Assembly (NCBI GenBank): GCA_963747235.1 | Contig: CAVVEU010000013.1 | Coordinates: 192,001-256,000, forward strand | Length of the DNA stretch: 64,000 nucleotides | From: an uncultured Candidatus Rokubacteria bacterium | GTDB taxonomy: Bacteria > Methylomirabilota > Methylomirabilia > Rokubacteriales > CSP1-6 | Direction of reading: 5' to 3' | In this document: in pieces, positions 32,485-43,150 of the stretch | How the letters are laid out: every line of letters starts with the position of its first letter | How positions within the stretch are numbered: position 1 is the first letter of the stretch | Program-made: the position numbers and the translations under genes | Notes under the pieces: model-generated | Seen by the model: the letters and a program-made list of their open reading frames with translations, nothing else | Told to the model about the DNA's origin: nothing | Databases searched by the model: none

Positions 32485-33812
32485 CCCCGCCTCCCCATCG
32501 CCTTGATCTCCTCGGTGACCGCGCCCCAGGCCGCGCCGATGTGGCGCATCTCCATGCGCAGCCAGAGGCCGCCGGCGGCCAGGAGCAGCGCCGCCGCGAT
32601 CCAGGGCGTGCCGCCGCGAGGGTTCACGGTGACTCCGGCGAGGGTCAGGCTCTTGCCCTGGGCGGCCCCGATGGTGAGGAAGGAGCAGAGCTCGATCGTC
32701 AGGACGAAGCCGACCACCACCAGGAGCGAGGGGACGACCAGGCGGGCGTAGGGACCGGCCAGGCGGCCGAGGCGGCCCGCGCGCCAGATCGGCTGGTGCA
32801 TCATCACGAGGCCCGCGATCCCGCCGGGGGCGAAGGTCACCATCATGATGAACAGCACGCCCGCGTAGACCAGCCACGAGTTGGAGAGCAGGCTCACCCA
32901 GCTCTGGAGCAGCACGATGAGGATCGCGCCGATCACCGGCCCCGCGAAGGCCCCGACGCCGCCGATGTAGGTCATGAGCAGCGCGTTGGCGGACATGGCC
33001 CCGCCCACCGTGTCGTAGGTGACGATCTCGTAGGTGAGGGTGTAGAGCGCGCCCGCGATGCCCGCGAAGAAGCCGGAGAGAGAGAACTGGACGAAGCGCA
33101 CCATGCGCGGGTCGTAGCCCACGAACTGGGCGCGCTCGAAGTTGTCCCGGCACGCGTTCGCCATGCGCCCGAGCGGGGTGCGGGTCAGCAGCAGCATCAG
33201 GGCCACCGCGATCGCGGTCCAGGCCACGATCAGGTAGTAGACCTGCAGCGGCTGCGCGTAGCCCACCCCGAAGAAGCTACGTCCGATCATCCGGTTGGTG
33301 CTCACGCCGCCCTCGCCCCCGAAGAAGGTCTGGAACATGAGGGCGCACGAGGTGACGAGCTCGCCGATGCCGAGGGTGATCATGGCGAAGGCGGTGGCGC
33401 GCTGCTTGGTCGCGAAGTAGCCGAAGAGGATCGCGAAGACGAGGCCGCCGAGGCCGCCCGCGAGCGGCGTCAGCTCGAGCGGCAGCCAGAGCGCGCCCGC
33501 CTTGACCGCGTTCAGGGTGTGCGCGGTGACGTACCCGCCCAGTCCCAGGAAGACGGCGTGGCCGAAGGAGAGCAGCCCGGTCTGGCCCATCTGCATGTTG
33601 TAGCTGAGCGCGAAGATGATCATGATGCCCATCTGGCTCAGCATGGACACCATGAAGCCGGAGTGCCGCCCGGTGCTCCAGTCGTAGGAGAGCCACGGCA
33701 CGAGCAGCGCCACCGCGAGCGCGACGAGCCACGGCCAGTGTCGGCCGAGGAAGCCGACGGTCGGCGAAGCGCCGAGCGTGCGGGTGGCGGGCTGCGCGAT
33801 CTGCTCGCTCAT
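32481..33812 (-). CDS. Branched-chain amino acid ABC permease (LivM-like)
   Basis: GQTGLLSFGHAVF, FAMITL, GGEGG, TPLGR...RDN, IGGVGAFAGPVIG. Confidence 0.92.
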   Translation of the reverse strand: MSEQIAQPATRTLGASPTVGFLGRHWPWLVALAVALLVPWLSYDWSTGRHSGFMVSMLSQMGIMIIFALSYNMQMGQTGLLSFGHAVFLGLGGYVTAHTLNAVKAGALWLPLELTPLAGGLGGLVFAILFGYFATKQRATAFAMITLGIGELVTSCALMFQTFFGGEGGVSTNRMIGRSFFGVGYAQPLQVYYLIVAWTAIAVALMLLLTRTPLGRMANACRDNFERAQFVGYDPRMVRFVQFSLSGFFAGIAGALYTLTYEIVTYDTVGGAMSANALLMTYIGGVGAFAGPVIGAILIVLLQSWVSLLSNSWLVYAGVLFIMMVTFAPGGIAGLVMMHQPIWRAGRLGRLAGPYARLVVPSLLVVVGFVLTIELCSFLTIGAAQGKSLTLAGVTVNPRGGTPWIAAALLLAAGGLWLRMEMRHIGAAWGAVTEEIKAMGRRG

Positions 33813-34756
33813 GTGTCGCGGGTGCCCATGAGCCCGCGCGGCTTCACCAGCAGCACGAGGATCAGCATGAGGTAGGGCAGGAGCGCGCCCACGCGGGGCA
33901 GCGGAATCGTCAGGAACTCGGCCAGGGGCGTGGCGGAGGTCACGGGGAGGCCGAGGCGCGCGAGGAGATCCGCGAACGACACGTCGAGCACCACCGCGAA
34001 GGTCTGCACGAGGCCCATGATCAGCGAGGCGATGAAGCAGCCCGCGAGCGAGCCGAGGCCGCCGAACACCACCACCACGAACACGATCGGGCCCATGGTG
34101 ATGGCCATGGACGGCTCGGTCACGAGGTAGTTGCCGCCGATCACCCCGGCCAGCCCGGCCAGGGCGGAGCCGCCCGCGAACACGATCGTGAACACGCGGG
34201 GCACGTTGTGGCCGAGGGCGCCGACCATCTCGGGGTGCGTGAGGGCGGCCTGGATGACGAGGCCGATGCGGGTGCGGGTGAGCAGGAGCCAGATGGCCAC
34301 GAACATCAGCGCCGAGATCAGCAGCATGAAGCCGCGATAGGCGTGGAAGTTCGAGCCGTAGATCTGGAAGAGCGGATGGTCCAGGACCGCGGGCACGCGG
34401 TAGGGCACCGGAAGGAGCCCCCAGGCCATCTGCACGCCCTTCTCGATGATGAAGGCCAGGCCGAAGGTGAAGAGCAGCTCGGCGATGTGGCCGTTCTTGT
34501 GGACCCGGCGGAGCGCGTACATCTCGATGAGCGCGCCCACGAGGCCGCAGATGGCGGGGGCCAGGACCAGGGCGGGCCAGAAGCCGATGAGCCGGCTCAC
34601 CGAGAAGGCGAAGTAGGCGCCCAGCATGTACATGCTGGCGTGGGCGAAGTTGAGCACGCCCATCATCGAGAAGATGAGGGTGAGGCCGCTCGCCAGCATG
34701 AAGAGCAGCATGCCGTAGACGAGGCCGTTGAGCAGCGAGACGAGCAGGACTTCCAT
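33809..34756 (-). CDS. Branched-chain amino acid ABC permease (LivH-like)
   Basis: LNGLVYG, GLTLIFSMMGVLNFAH, VVFGGLGS, KPRGLMG. Confidence 0.93.
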   Translation of the reverse strand: MEVLLVSLLNGLVYGMLLFMLASGLTLIFSMMGVLNFAHASMYMLGAYFAFSVSRLIGFWPALVLAPAICGLVGALIEMYALRRVHKNGHIAELLFTFGLAFIIEKGVQMAWGLLPVPYRVPAVLDHPLFQIYGSNFHAYRGFMLLISALMFVAIWLLLTRTRIGLVIQAALTHPEMVGALGHNVPRVFTIVFAGGSALAGLAGVIGGNYLVTEPSMAITMGPIVFVVVVFGGLGSLAGCFIASLIMGLVQTFAVVLDVSFADLLARLGLPVTSATPLAEFLTIPLPRVGALLPYLMLILVLLVKPRGLMGTRDT

Positions 34757-34786
34757 GTGAGAGAGCCGTCTCACACCTGCTCCCTC

Positions 34787-34856
34787 GCCCCCTCACCCTG
34801 CCCTCTCCCCGGAGGGGAGAGGGTCGGGTGAGAGGGGAGAGGGTGGGGTGAGGGGC
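34787..34856. repeat. REP-like palindromic element (CCCTCTCCCC/GGGGAGAGGG type) with duplicated right arm
   Basis: CCCCTCACCCTGCCCTCTCCCC-GGA-GGGGAGAGGGTCGGGTGAG-AGGGGAGAGGGTGGGGTGAGGGG, between the livK-like and livH-like genes. Confidence 0.75.
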
Positions 34857-34867
34857 TGCCTTTCCGT

Positions 34868-36115
34868 CTACGACGTCGGGCGCTTCATGTTGCAGGTATT
34901 GGGCTGGTCCAGGTCCTTGGGCAGGACGGTGGTCTCCGTCTTCCAGCCGAGCCCGGTCTTCTCCGAGTCGTACTTCACGCCCTTGGTGAAGACCCCCACG
35001 AAGTACTCGCTCAGGATCTGGTGGTCGGCCTTTCGCATCGTCACCTGGTGGCCGAGCATGTCGGTGATGGTGAGGCCCTCGAGGGCCGCCGAGAACTTGA
35101 TCGGATCGGCGGAGCCCGCCTTGTTCATGGCGGCCTGGAGGAACTCGAAGATGGTCCGGAAGCCGGCCGCGTAGAAATCGTAGTCGTGCGTGGACCGGAA
35201 CTGCTTGGTCCAGCCCTCGGTGTCGGTCTTGCCGGTCTCGACCGCGATGTTCTCGTGGAACGCCATGACCGAGCGCACCTTGCCGTTGCCGGCGGGGCCG
35301 ATGGCGGTGGCGCCGCCGCCCAGGTGCGCGTACATCGTGTAGTAGCGGATGTCGAGGCCCGAGTCCATGCCGCCCTTGATCAGGAGCGTCATGTCGGGTC
35401 CCCAGTTGCCCGTGATCAGGGCCTGCGCGCCCGAGGCCTTGATCTTGGTGATGTAGGGCGAGAAGTCCTTGACCTTGCCGAGCGGGATCAGCTCGTCGCC
35501 CACCACCTTCACGTCGGGCCGGACCTTGCCCAGGAAGGTCTTGATGTCGCGCTGCACCGACTGCCCGAAGAGGTAGTCCTGGTTGAGCAGGTAGACCTTG
35601 GTCACGTCCTTGGGCAGGGCGCGGACCATGGTCTCGGCCTTCATGCCCACGTGCGCGTCCATGCGGAAGTGCCAGTAGCTGCACTTCTCGTTGGTCAGCT
35701 CGGTGGCCACCGCCCCGCAGTTGATGTAGACGATCCGGTTGGTCGGGTTCCGCTCGTTGTGCTTGTCCACGCCCTCGATGAGGGCGGCCGCGATGTTGGA
35801 CCCCGAGCACTGCATGATCACCGGGATGTTCTGGTCGGTGGCCGACTTCAGCGCGAGCAGCGCCTCGGAGGGCTGCGACTTGTTGTCGAAGGAGACCAGC
35901 TCGAACTTCTTCCCCAGGGCCCCGCCGCGGCCGTTGATGTAGTCGATGATGTACTTGAACTGCTGCAGGTTCTGGTCGCCCACCTGCGCGAAGGGCCCCG
36001 ACAGGGGATCGGTGTACATGACCTTGATCGTGTTCTGGGCCTGGGCCGTCCCGGTGGTGAGAACGAAGCCGATGGCCAGTAGGGTTGATGTGATCCGCTT
36101 GAGCCAGTCGCGCAT
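34868..36115 (-). CDS. Branched-chain amino acid ABC substrate-binding protein (LivK-like)
   Basis: Cleavable signal (AQA-QN), DPLSGPFA, INGRGG, NQDYLFGQ, DFSPYITKIKASGA. Confidence 0.92.
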   Translation of the reverse strand: MRDWLKRITSTLLAIGFVLTTGTAQAQNTIKVMYTDPLSGPFAQVGDQNLQQFKYIIDYINGRGGALGKKFELVSFDNKSQPSEALLALKSATDQNIPVIMQCSGSNIAAALIEGVDKHNERNPTNRIVYINCGAVATELTNEKCSYWHFRMDAHVGMKAETMVRALPKDVTKVYLLNQDYLFGQSVQRDIKTFLGKVRPDVKVVGDELIPLGKVKDFSPYITKIKASGAQALITGNWGPDMTLLIKGGMDSGLDIRYYTMYAHLGGGATAIGPAGNGKVRSVMAFHENIAVETGKTDTEGWTKQFRSTHDYDFYAAGFRTIFEFLQAAMNKAGSADPIKFSAALEGLTITDMLGHQVTMRKADHQILSEYFVGVFTKGVKYDSEKTGLGWKTETTVLPKDLDQPNTCNMKRPTS

Positions 36116-36223
36116 GGGGCCTCCTCTTTGAGTGGCGCGGGTTGCGCCGCCGTCCATGATTCGAGCAGGGCGAGGGTATCCCTCTCCGTGGCGCAAGTCA
36201 AAGAAGATAGTAGGATAGCGGCC

Positions 36224-37226
36224 ATGCTCAATGTCCTCGTGACCATGCGCTTCGATCAGAGACCAGCTCGACCGCCTGCGGGCGGTCTCCCCCGAGATCC
36301 GGGTGTCGCAGGCGGATCCGGAAACCGCGGATTATGGCAAGACCGACGTGCTCTACGCGGGCGCGCCGCCGCGCGAGCTCGGCCGGGCGCCCGCGCTGCG
36401 CTGGGTGCAGCTCCACATGGCGGGCGTGAACGCCCTCGCGGACCATCCGCTCTACACGAAGACCGCGATCCCGCTCACGACCTCGAGCGGCGTGCACGCC
36501 GCCACCATCGCGGAGTACGCGGTGACGATGCTGCTGGCCCTGGCCCACCGGGTCCCGCGCATGGTGGAGTGGCAGGGGCGCGGCGGCTGGCCGCCGGACG
36601 AGCAGCGCTGGCCGCTCTTCGTGCCCGCCGAGGTGCGGGGCGCGACGCTCGGCATCATCGGCTACGGGAGCATCGGCCGCGAGCTGGCGCGCATCGCCAA
36701 GTCCGCCTTCGCGATGACGGTGCTGGCGTGCAAGCGCGATCCCGCGCGCCGCGCCGACGACGGCTACACGCTGCCCGGCACCGGCGATCCGGACGGGATG
36801 CTGCCCGACGAGTGGCTCGGGCACGCGCAGCTCGACTCCCTGCTGGCGCGGTCGGACGTGGTGGTGCTCTGCGCGCCGCTCACGGCCGAGACGCGCGGCC
36901 TGATCGGCGCGAAGGCCCTCGCCCGCATGAAGCCGTCCGCGTTCTTCATCAACGTGGGGCGGGGCGCCAGCGTGGACGAGGCGGCGCTGGCCCGCGCGCT
37001 CCGCGAGCGGCAGATCGCGGGCGCGGCGGTGGACGTCTTCGACCGGGAGCCGCCGCCGGCCGGCCACCCGCTCTACACGGTGGACAACGTCATCGTCTCC
37101 CCGCACGTCTCCGGGTTCCTGCCGAGCTACGACGAGAAGTGCTCGGTGCTCTTCGCGGAGAACCTGCGGCGCTTCCTGGCCGGCGCGCCGCTGCTGAACC
37201 TGGTGGATCGGGCGCGCGGCTACTAG
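36224..37226 (+). CDS. D-2-hydroxyacid dehydrogenase (frameshift near 5' end)
   Basis: LRWVQ..AGVN, GIIGYGSIG, FINVGRG, DVFDREP, SPHVSG. Confidence 0.9.
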
Positions 37227-39248
37227 CCGAGCGTGCCGGAGTGGACGGCGCGCAGCTCCACGAGCCCGCCGCCGTCCAGGCCGAGCATGGCGAGCGCGCC
37301 GGGCGCGATCTCGCCGCGCGGCCCGTCGCCGGGCATGAGCGAGTCCACCCACGCCCGCAGCGGGGCGCCGCGCGGGTTCACCAGCTCCACGATGGCGCCC
37401 GTTCCAATGCCCAGGCGCGCGGCGGTGTGGCTGTCGAGGCGCACGAGGCGGCCCCGGTCCGCGTCCAGATCCGCCACCGGGGTGAAGCGCACGCGGAGCC
37501 GGCCGGCCAGGAGCGTCGCGCGCGTCGCCGCGGTCGCGGCGGCGTCCACCGCGCCGGCGCGCCAGATCACGCCGTAGTCGCGCGCCGCCGCCGGCGGCGT
37601 GACATAGCCCTCGGCGATGTCCGCGGCCACCGCGGCCGGATCGCGGGCGAGCGGGTCGCCGAAGCCGCCGCCGCCCGAGCTCTCCATCAGGAGCACGTCG
37701 TCGGGCAGGAGCGGGAAGCCGCCGACCTTGCCCGGCAGCGGGGAGGGCTGGATCGGCTGCTCGCCGCGGCGCACCCAGAAGCGGTTGGTCGCGCCGGACC
37801 CGCCGCCGCAGACGCCGAAGGGCGGGAGCACCGCCTTCTCCGCCAGCACCGAGAGCCGGCTCGACGGGCACCAGGATGCGGACTTCCCGCGTGAGCCCGA
37901 GGCCGCCGCGCCACTGGCCCGCCCCGCCCGAGTCTTCACGCAGCGACGTCCGCTCGATGCGCACCGGATAGAGCTGCTCCACCGCCTCGATGGGCTGGAG
38001 CGTGGTCATGTCGCTCTCGGTCCACGTGCGGACGGTGTTGCTGCCGTCGCCGCCGTGGAAGCCGCCGGTGCCGCCGGCCGGGTACTCGTAGAAGATGAAG
38101 GTCTCGCCGGTCCGCGGATCGGGCCCGCCGACGTAGCAGTGGTTGCCGCCCCCCTTGAGGTCGCCGGCCACCCGACCGTCGAGGGCCTGGGCCAGCGCGC
38201 CCATCACCGCGGTCTCCACGCAGTACTTCACCTCGACCATGCCGCCGCACGGCGCGGGAGGATTCGCGTTGACGACGGTCCCGGGCGGGGTAATCACGGT
38301 GAGCGGCCGGAACGCGCCGGAGTTCACGTCGGTGCCGGGATCGAGGAAGGACTTGATGATGGTGAAGGCGCCGGTGGGGGCCATGGCCGGGCCGACGTTG
38401 GTGGGCGCCGCGGTCTGGGGCGAGGTCCCGGTGAGATCCACCGTGATCGTCTCGCCCGCGACGACGACGCGCGCGCGGATGCTCAACGGCTCCAGGCGCA
38501 CGCGCCCGCTCTCGAGATGCGCCTCGTAGGAGTACTGACCATCCGGCAGCGCGCCGATCGCCCGCCGCATGCGCAGCTCGGCGCGGTCCATCAGCTCCAC
38601 CACCGCGGCCCGGACCACGGAGGCGCCATAGCGCGCGGCCAGGGCCTCGACGCGCTCGGCCGCCTTGCGGCAGGTGCCGATCATGGCGTCGAAGTCGCCC
38701 TTGCGCTCCCGGGGCCCGCGCATGTTGTGGAAGATGAGATCGAGCGCGGCCTGGTTGGGCGTGCCGCGGTCCACGATGCGGATGGGCGGGATGCGGACGC
38801 CTTCCTGGAAGATCTCGGTGGCGTCGCCGGAGAGGCTGCCCGGGCTCATGCCGCCCACGTCGCCCCAGTGCGCGCGCACCACCGGGAAGACGAAGAGCCG
38901 CCCGTCCGCGAAGATCGGGTAGATCATGGCCACGTCGTTCAGGTGGGTGCCGCCGGTGTAGGGGTCGTTGTGCAGGAAGATGTCGCCCGGGTGGATGTCG
39001 TCCCCGAACTTCTCCTTCACCGACTTCATGGACCAGCTGATCGGCACGATGTGGAGCGGATGGTCCTGCCCCTTGGACATCGCGACGAGCTGGGCGTCGC
39101 CGTCCATGAGCACGCAGGAGAAGTCCTCGCCCTCGTAGAGGATCGAGGAGTACGCGGTGCGCACCAGGGTGACCCGCATCTCGCGCACGATCGACGAGAA
39201 GGTCTCGCGCAGGACTTCCAGCGTGATGGGATCGACGGCGGCGCTCAC
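37223..39248 (-). CDS. Hydantoinase B/oxoprolinase-family protein with C-terminal extension (frameshift near 37865)
   Basis: DPITLEV, RTAYSSIL, PGDIFLHNDPYTGGTHLND, HWGDVGG, DSGGAGQWRGG, GGGGFGDP. Confidence 0.92.
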
Positions 39249-41284
39249 GCGCGGGCCTCCCGCTCGAAGCGGAGATTGCCGTGGGGATCCATCGCGCCGC
39301 GCCAGCCGGGCGGCACCACGGTGGTGGCCCCGAACTCCTCCACGATGGCGGGCCCGTGGAGCTCGGCTCCCTCCGGCAGGCGGTCGCGGTCCCAGACCGG
39401 GCAGTCGTGCGCCCGGCCCTCGAACCAGACCGGCCGGCGCTCGTCGAGCGCGCTCGCGAGCTCCGCGCCCGGCGCGATGTGCCGCGCCGCGACCGGCTTG
39501 GGCACGAGGCCGTAGGCGGTGAGGCGCGCGTTGACCAGCTCGATGGCGGCCTGCGGATTGGCATGACCGTAGGTGTCGCGATGCTGGCGGTGGAAGTCGC
39601 TCTCGATCCGGTCGAGCTGGAGGTCGGTGTCGGCGGCCGGGATGTTGAGCTCGAAGGCCTGGCCGCGGTAGCGGAGATCCAGCGAGCGCAGGAGCTTCTG
39701 CTGCTCGGGCGCGAAGCCTTCCCGCTCGAGCTGCTGGCGCGCGGCGGCCTCCATCTCCGCGAAGGCCTGGCGCAGGGCAGGGAGGCGGTCGCGGAGCGGG
39801 CCCACGCGCGTGCGGACGTCATCGTGCTTGATGTCGGCGGCCAGCAGGCCCAGCGCCGAGAAGTTGCCCGGATGCCGCGGGACGAGGACGCGCGGGATGC
39901 CGATCTCGTCGGCCATCGCGAGGGCGTGCATCGGTCCCGCGCCGCCGAAGGCGATCAGGGTGAAGTCGCGCGGATCGTGGCCGCGCTGGATGGAGATCTC
40001 GCGGATCGCGGAGGTCATGCGGGCGACCGCGATGGTGACGATGCCCTCGGCGAGCGCCTCGACGCCCAGCGGCCGGTCCATCCGGCGCGCGAGCTCCTCC
40101 ACCGCGCGACGGGCGCGCGCGGGATCGATGCCGATGCTCCCGCCCAGGCGCCGCCGCGCGCCGATGCGCCCGAGGACGACATTGGCGTCGGTGACCGCGG
40201 GCTCGGTGCCGCCGAGGCCGTAGGCGGCCGGGCCCGGCGCGGCGCCCGCGCTGCGCGGGCCGACCTGGAGGCTGCCGTCCACGTCGAGCCAGGCGATGGA
40301 GCCGCCGCCCGCGCCCACCGTGTGCATGTCGATCTGCGAGACCTTCACCGGGAACGCGCCCACCATGGAGTCGGCGGTCATGAGGGGCTGCAGATCGCGC
40401 ACGAGGCAGACGTCGGTGGAGGTGCCGCCCATGTCGTAGGTGATGAAGTCGCGGATGCCCGCCGCCGCGCCCACGAAGCAGGCCTGGCTCACGCCGCCCG
40501 CCGGCCCCGAGAAGATGGTCTTGATGGGCAGGCGGCGCGCGGTGTCGGTGGTCATCATGCCGCCGCTCGAGGCGACCGTGAGCACGCCGTACGCGTAGCC
40601 GGTGGCGAGGAGGCGCTCCTCCAGGGAGGTGAGATAGCCCTCCATCAGCGGCTGGAGGTAGGCGTTGAGCACGGTGGTCGAGAAGCGCTCGAACTCGCGG
40701 TACTCGGCCACCACGTCGGCCGAGCAGGAGACGGGCAGGCCGGGGGCGCGGCCCTTGGCCGCGTCGGCCACGAGGCGCTCGTGCGCGGGGTTGAGGTAGG
40801 CGTGGAGAAAGCACACCGCCACCGCCTCCGCATCGGCGGCGAGGGCGCCGTCGAGCGCGCGCTCGATGGAGGCCGGGTCGAGCGGGATCAGCACCGCGCC
40901 GTCGGGGCCGAGCCGCTCGGTCACCTCGAAGCGATGCTTACGCTCCACCACCGGCTTCGGCCGCACGAAGGTCGGGATGAACAGCGCCGGGATATTGCGC
41001 TTGGTGCGGCCGATCTCGATGAGGTCGCGGAAGCCGGCGGTGGTCAGCAGCGCGACCCGGGCCCCGCGCCGCTCGAGCACCGCGTTGGTGCCCACGGTGG
41101 TGCCGTGCACCAGGCGGCGCACGTCCGCGCTGGCGATGCCGAGCGCCTGGAGCCCGGCCAGCACCGCTTCCGCCTCGTGGCGGGGGCGCGACGGCACCTT
41201 GGTGACGACCACACGCCCGGTCTCCGCATCCACCGCGGTGAGATCCGTGAAGGTCCCGCCGACGTCGATCCCGACGATGTACAT
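39245..41284 (-). CDS. Hydantoinase A/oxoprolinase-family protein
   Basis: GIDVGGTFTD, HGTTVGTNA, SGPAGG, DMGGTSTD, GAGGGSIA, AFGGAGPMHA. Confidence 0.94.
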   Translation of the reverse strand: MYIVGIDVGGTFTDLTAVDAETGRVVVTKVPSRPRHEAEAVLAGLQALGIASADVRRLVHGTTVGTNAVLERRGARVALLTTAGFRDLIEIGRTKRNIPALFIPTFVRPKPVVERKHRFEVTERLGPDGAVLIPLDPASIERALDGALAADAEAVAVCFLHAYLNPAHERLVADAAKGRAPGLPVSCSADVVAEYREFERFSTTVLNAYLQPLMEGYLTSLEERLLATGYAYGVLTVASSGGMMTTDTARRLPIKTIFSGPAGGVSQACFVGAAAGIRDFITYDMGGTSTDVCLVRDLQPLMTADSMVGAFPVKVSQIDMHTVGAGGGSIAWLDVDGSLQVGPRSAGAAPGPAAYGLGGTEPAVTDANVVLGRIGARRRLGGSIGIDPARARRAVEELARRMDRPLGVEALAEGIVTIAVARMTSAIREISIQRGHDPRDFTLIAFGGAGPMHALAMADEIGIPRVLVPRHPGNFSALGLLAADIKHDDVRTRVGPLRDRLPALRQAFAEMEAAARQQLEREGFAPEQQKLLRSLDLRYRGQAFELNIPAADTDLQLDRIESDFHRQHRDTYGHANPQAAIELVNARLTAYGLVPKPVAARHIAPGAELASALDERRPVWFEGRAHDCPVWDRDRLPEGAELHGPAIVEEFGATTVVPPGWRGAMDPHGNLRFEREARA

Positions 41285-41287
41285 GGC

Positions 41288-42388
41288 TCAGAGCCCCGCG
41301 GTGTCGAGCACCACGTTCGCGGCGCGCACGAGGCACGGGGCCCGGTCGGCGATGTGGGCCATGCGGATGTCGGTGGACTCGCCACGCGCCCAGCGGCGGT
41401 GGAGCTGGACGACCACGACCACCGTCTTCCAGAGCGCAAACGCCTCCCACCAGCTCACCGCGCCGGGATCGGCGCCGGTCCGCGCGATGTAGCGCGCGGT
41501 GATCTCCGCGCGCGTGGGCAGGCCCATGCGGGCCAGGCCCGGCCGCGTCCCGCGCTGGGTCGCCTCGGTGTCCATGGGGTCGGGCCAGTAGTTGAGCAGG
41601 GTGCCGAGGTCCACCAGCGGGTCGCCGAGGGTTGTCATGTCCCAGTCGAAGATGGAGGTCACGCGGTCGGGGTTCTCCGGGGCGAACTGGCAGTTGTCGA
41701 GCTTGAGATCGTTGTGGACGATGGATGCGCGGCGGGGCGTCGGACGGCGGGCGGCCAGGCGCGCGTGGATCCGCTCCATGTCGTTCCTCGCGTCGTCCGG
41801 GCGGGCGAGGGCCCAGCGCTTCGCCCAGCCGTCGAGCTGGCGGTCTACGAAGCCGTCGGGCCGGCCGAGGTCGCCGAGCCCGCACGCCGCGGGCGCGAGC
41901 GCGTGGAGATCGGCCATCGCCTCGACCAGGGCGAAGGCGAGCCGGCGGCCCGCGTCGGGATGCGCGCGCAGGGCGGGCGGCATCGTGTCGCGTACGACCT
42001 CGCCGCGGCGGCGCTCCATCACGAAGAAGTCGGCGCCGAGGACGGCGGGGTCGTCGCAAAAGAGGTAGCCGCGCGGCGCCCGGTCGAAATGCGACCAGAG
42101 CCGCGAGAGCACCTTGAACTCGCGCTTCATGTCGTGGGCGCCCGGGGCGATCTCGCCGAACGGCGGCCGGCGCAGGACCAGCTCGTGCGGGCCGACGCGG
42201 AGCAGGTAGGTGAGGTTGGCCGAGCCGTTCGGGAACTGGAGGACCTCGAGGGGGCCGCGCGCGGCCGGTAGCGCGTCGGCGAGGCGCGGGGCCAGCCACG
42301 CCTCGAGCGAGGCCCAGTCGAGCTGCTCGCCGGGACGGACCGGCGCGACCTCCGCCGGCGGCTCGGCCGCGGACGGGAGCGCCGTCAG
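41288..42388 (-). CDS. Aminoglycoside phosphotransferase (APH)-family protein (start uncertain, possibly CTG)
   Basis: In-frame upstream extension of ORF 41288..42130: QFPNGSANLTY, VLRRPP, AHDMKREF; also VHNDLKLDN, FDWDMTTLGDP. Confidence 0.88.
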   Translation of the reverse strand: MTALPSAAEPPAEVAPVRPGEQLDWASLEAWLAPRLADALPAARGPLEVLQFPNGSANLTYLLRVGPHELVLRRPPFGEIAPGAHDMKREFKVLSRLWSHFDRAPRGYLFCDDPAVLGADFFVMERRRGEVVRDTMPPALRAHPDAGRRLAFALVEAMADLHALAPAACGLGDLGRPDGFVDRQLDGWAKRWALARPDDARNDMERIHARLAARRPTPRRASIVHNDLKLDNCQFAPENPDRVTSIFDWDMTTLGDPLVDLGTLLNYWPDPMDTEATQRGTRPGLARMGLPTRAEITARYIARTGADPGAVSWWEAFALWKTVVVVVQLHRRWARGESTDIRMAHIADRAPCLVRAANVVLDTAGL

Positions 42389-43146
42389 GCGACTCCTCCG
42401 TGAATGCCGAGCACCGCGCCGGTGGTGAAGCTGGAGGCGCTCGAGGCGAAGTAGAGCGCGGCGCCGACGACCTCCTCCGGCTCGCCCCCACGGCCGAGCG
42501 CCATCGTGGTCTTGGCGCGCTCGCGGAAGGCCTCGAGGTCCCAGGCCTTGGAGATGTCGGTGAGGAAGGGTCCCGGCATGATGCAGTTCACCCGCACGGT
42601 GGGGCCGAAGGCGCGCGCGAAGCCCTCGGTCATCGCGTTCACCGCGGCCTTGGCCGCCGCGTAGGGGATCACGTTGGCGGTGGGCCGGATCGCGGAGGTG
42701 CTCGACACCATGATGATGGAGCCGCCCGCGCCCGCCGCCATCCGCGCGCCGACCATCGCGGTGAGCCGGAACGGGCCCTTCAGGTTCACGTCGAGCACCT
42801 TGTCCCAGAGATCCTCGGTCACGTTCTCGATGCGGTCGTAGAGCGGCGACATGCCCGCGTTGTTGACCAGCACGTCCACGCGGCCGAACTCCTTGTAGGC
42901 GGTCTCCGCGAGTGCCTCCACCTGGCCCCAGTGGCCGACGTGGCAGGCGACGGGGAGCGCGCGACGCCCGGTGGCCTGGCGCACCTCCGCCGCGGTGGCC
43001 TCGCAGGACGCGAGCTTGCGGCTCGCGATGATCACGTCGGCGCCGGCGTGGGCGAAGGCCAGCACCATGGCGCGCCCGAGCCCGCGGCTGCCGCCGGTGA
43101 CGAGCGCGACCTTGCCGGTCAGATCGAAGAGGCCGGCGGCGGCCAT
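42385..43146 (-). CDS. Short-chain dehydrogenase/reductase
   Basis: TGGSRGLG, NNAG, YAAAK. Confidence 0.93.
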   Translation of the reverse strand: MAAAGLFDLTGKVALVTGGSRGLGRAMVLAFAHAGADVIIASRKLASCEATAAEVRQATGRRALPVACHVGHWGQVEALAETAYKEFGRVDVLVNNAGMSPLYDRIENVTEDLWDKVLDVNLKGPFRLTAMVGARMAAGAGGSIIMVSSTSAIRPTANVIPYAAAKAAVNAMTEGFARAFGPTVRVNCIMPGPFLTDISKAWDLEAFRERAKTTMALGRGGEPEEVVGAALYFASSASSFTTGAVLGIHGGVA

Positions 43147-43150
43147 GCGA

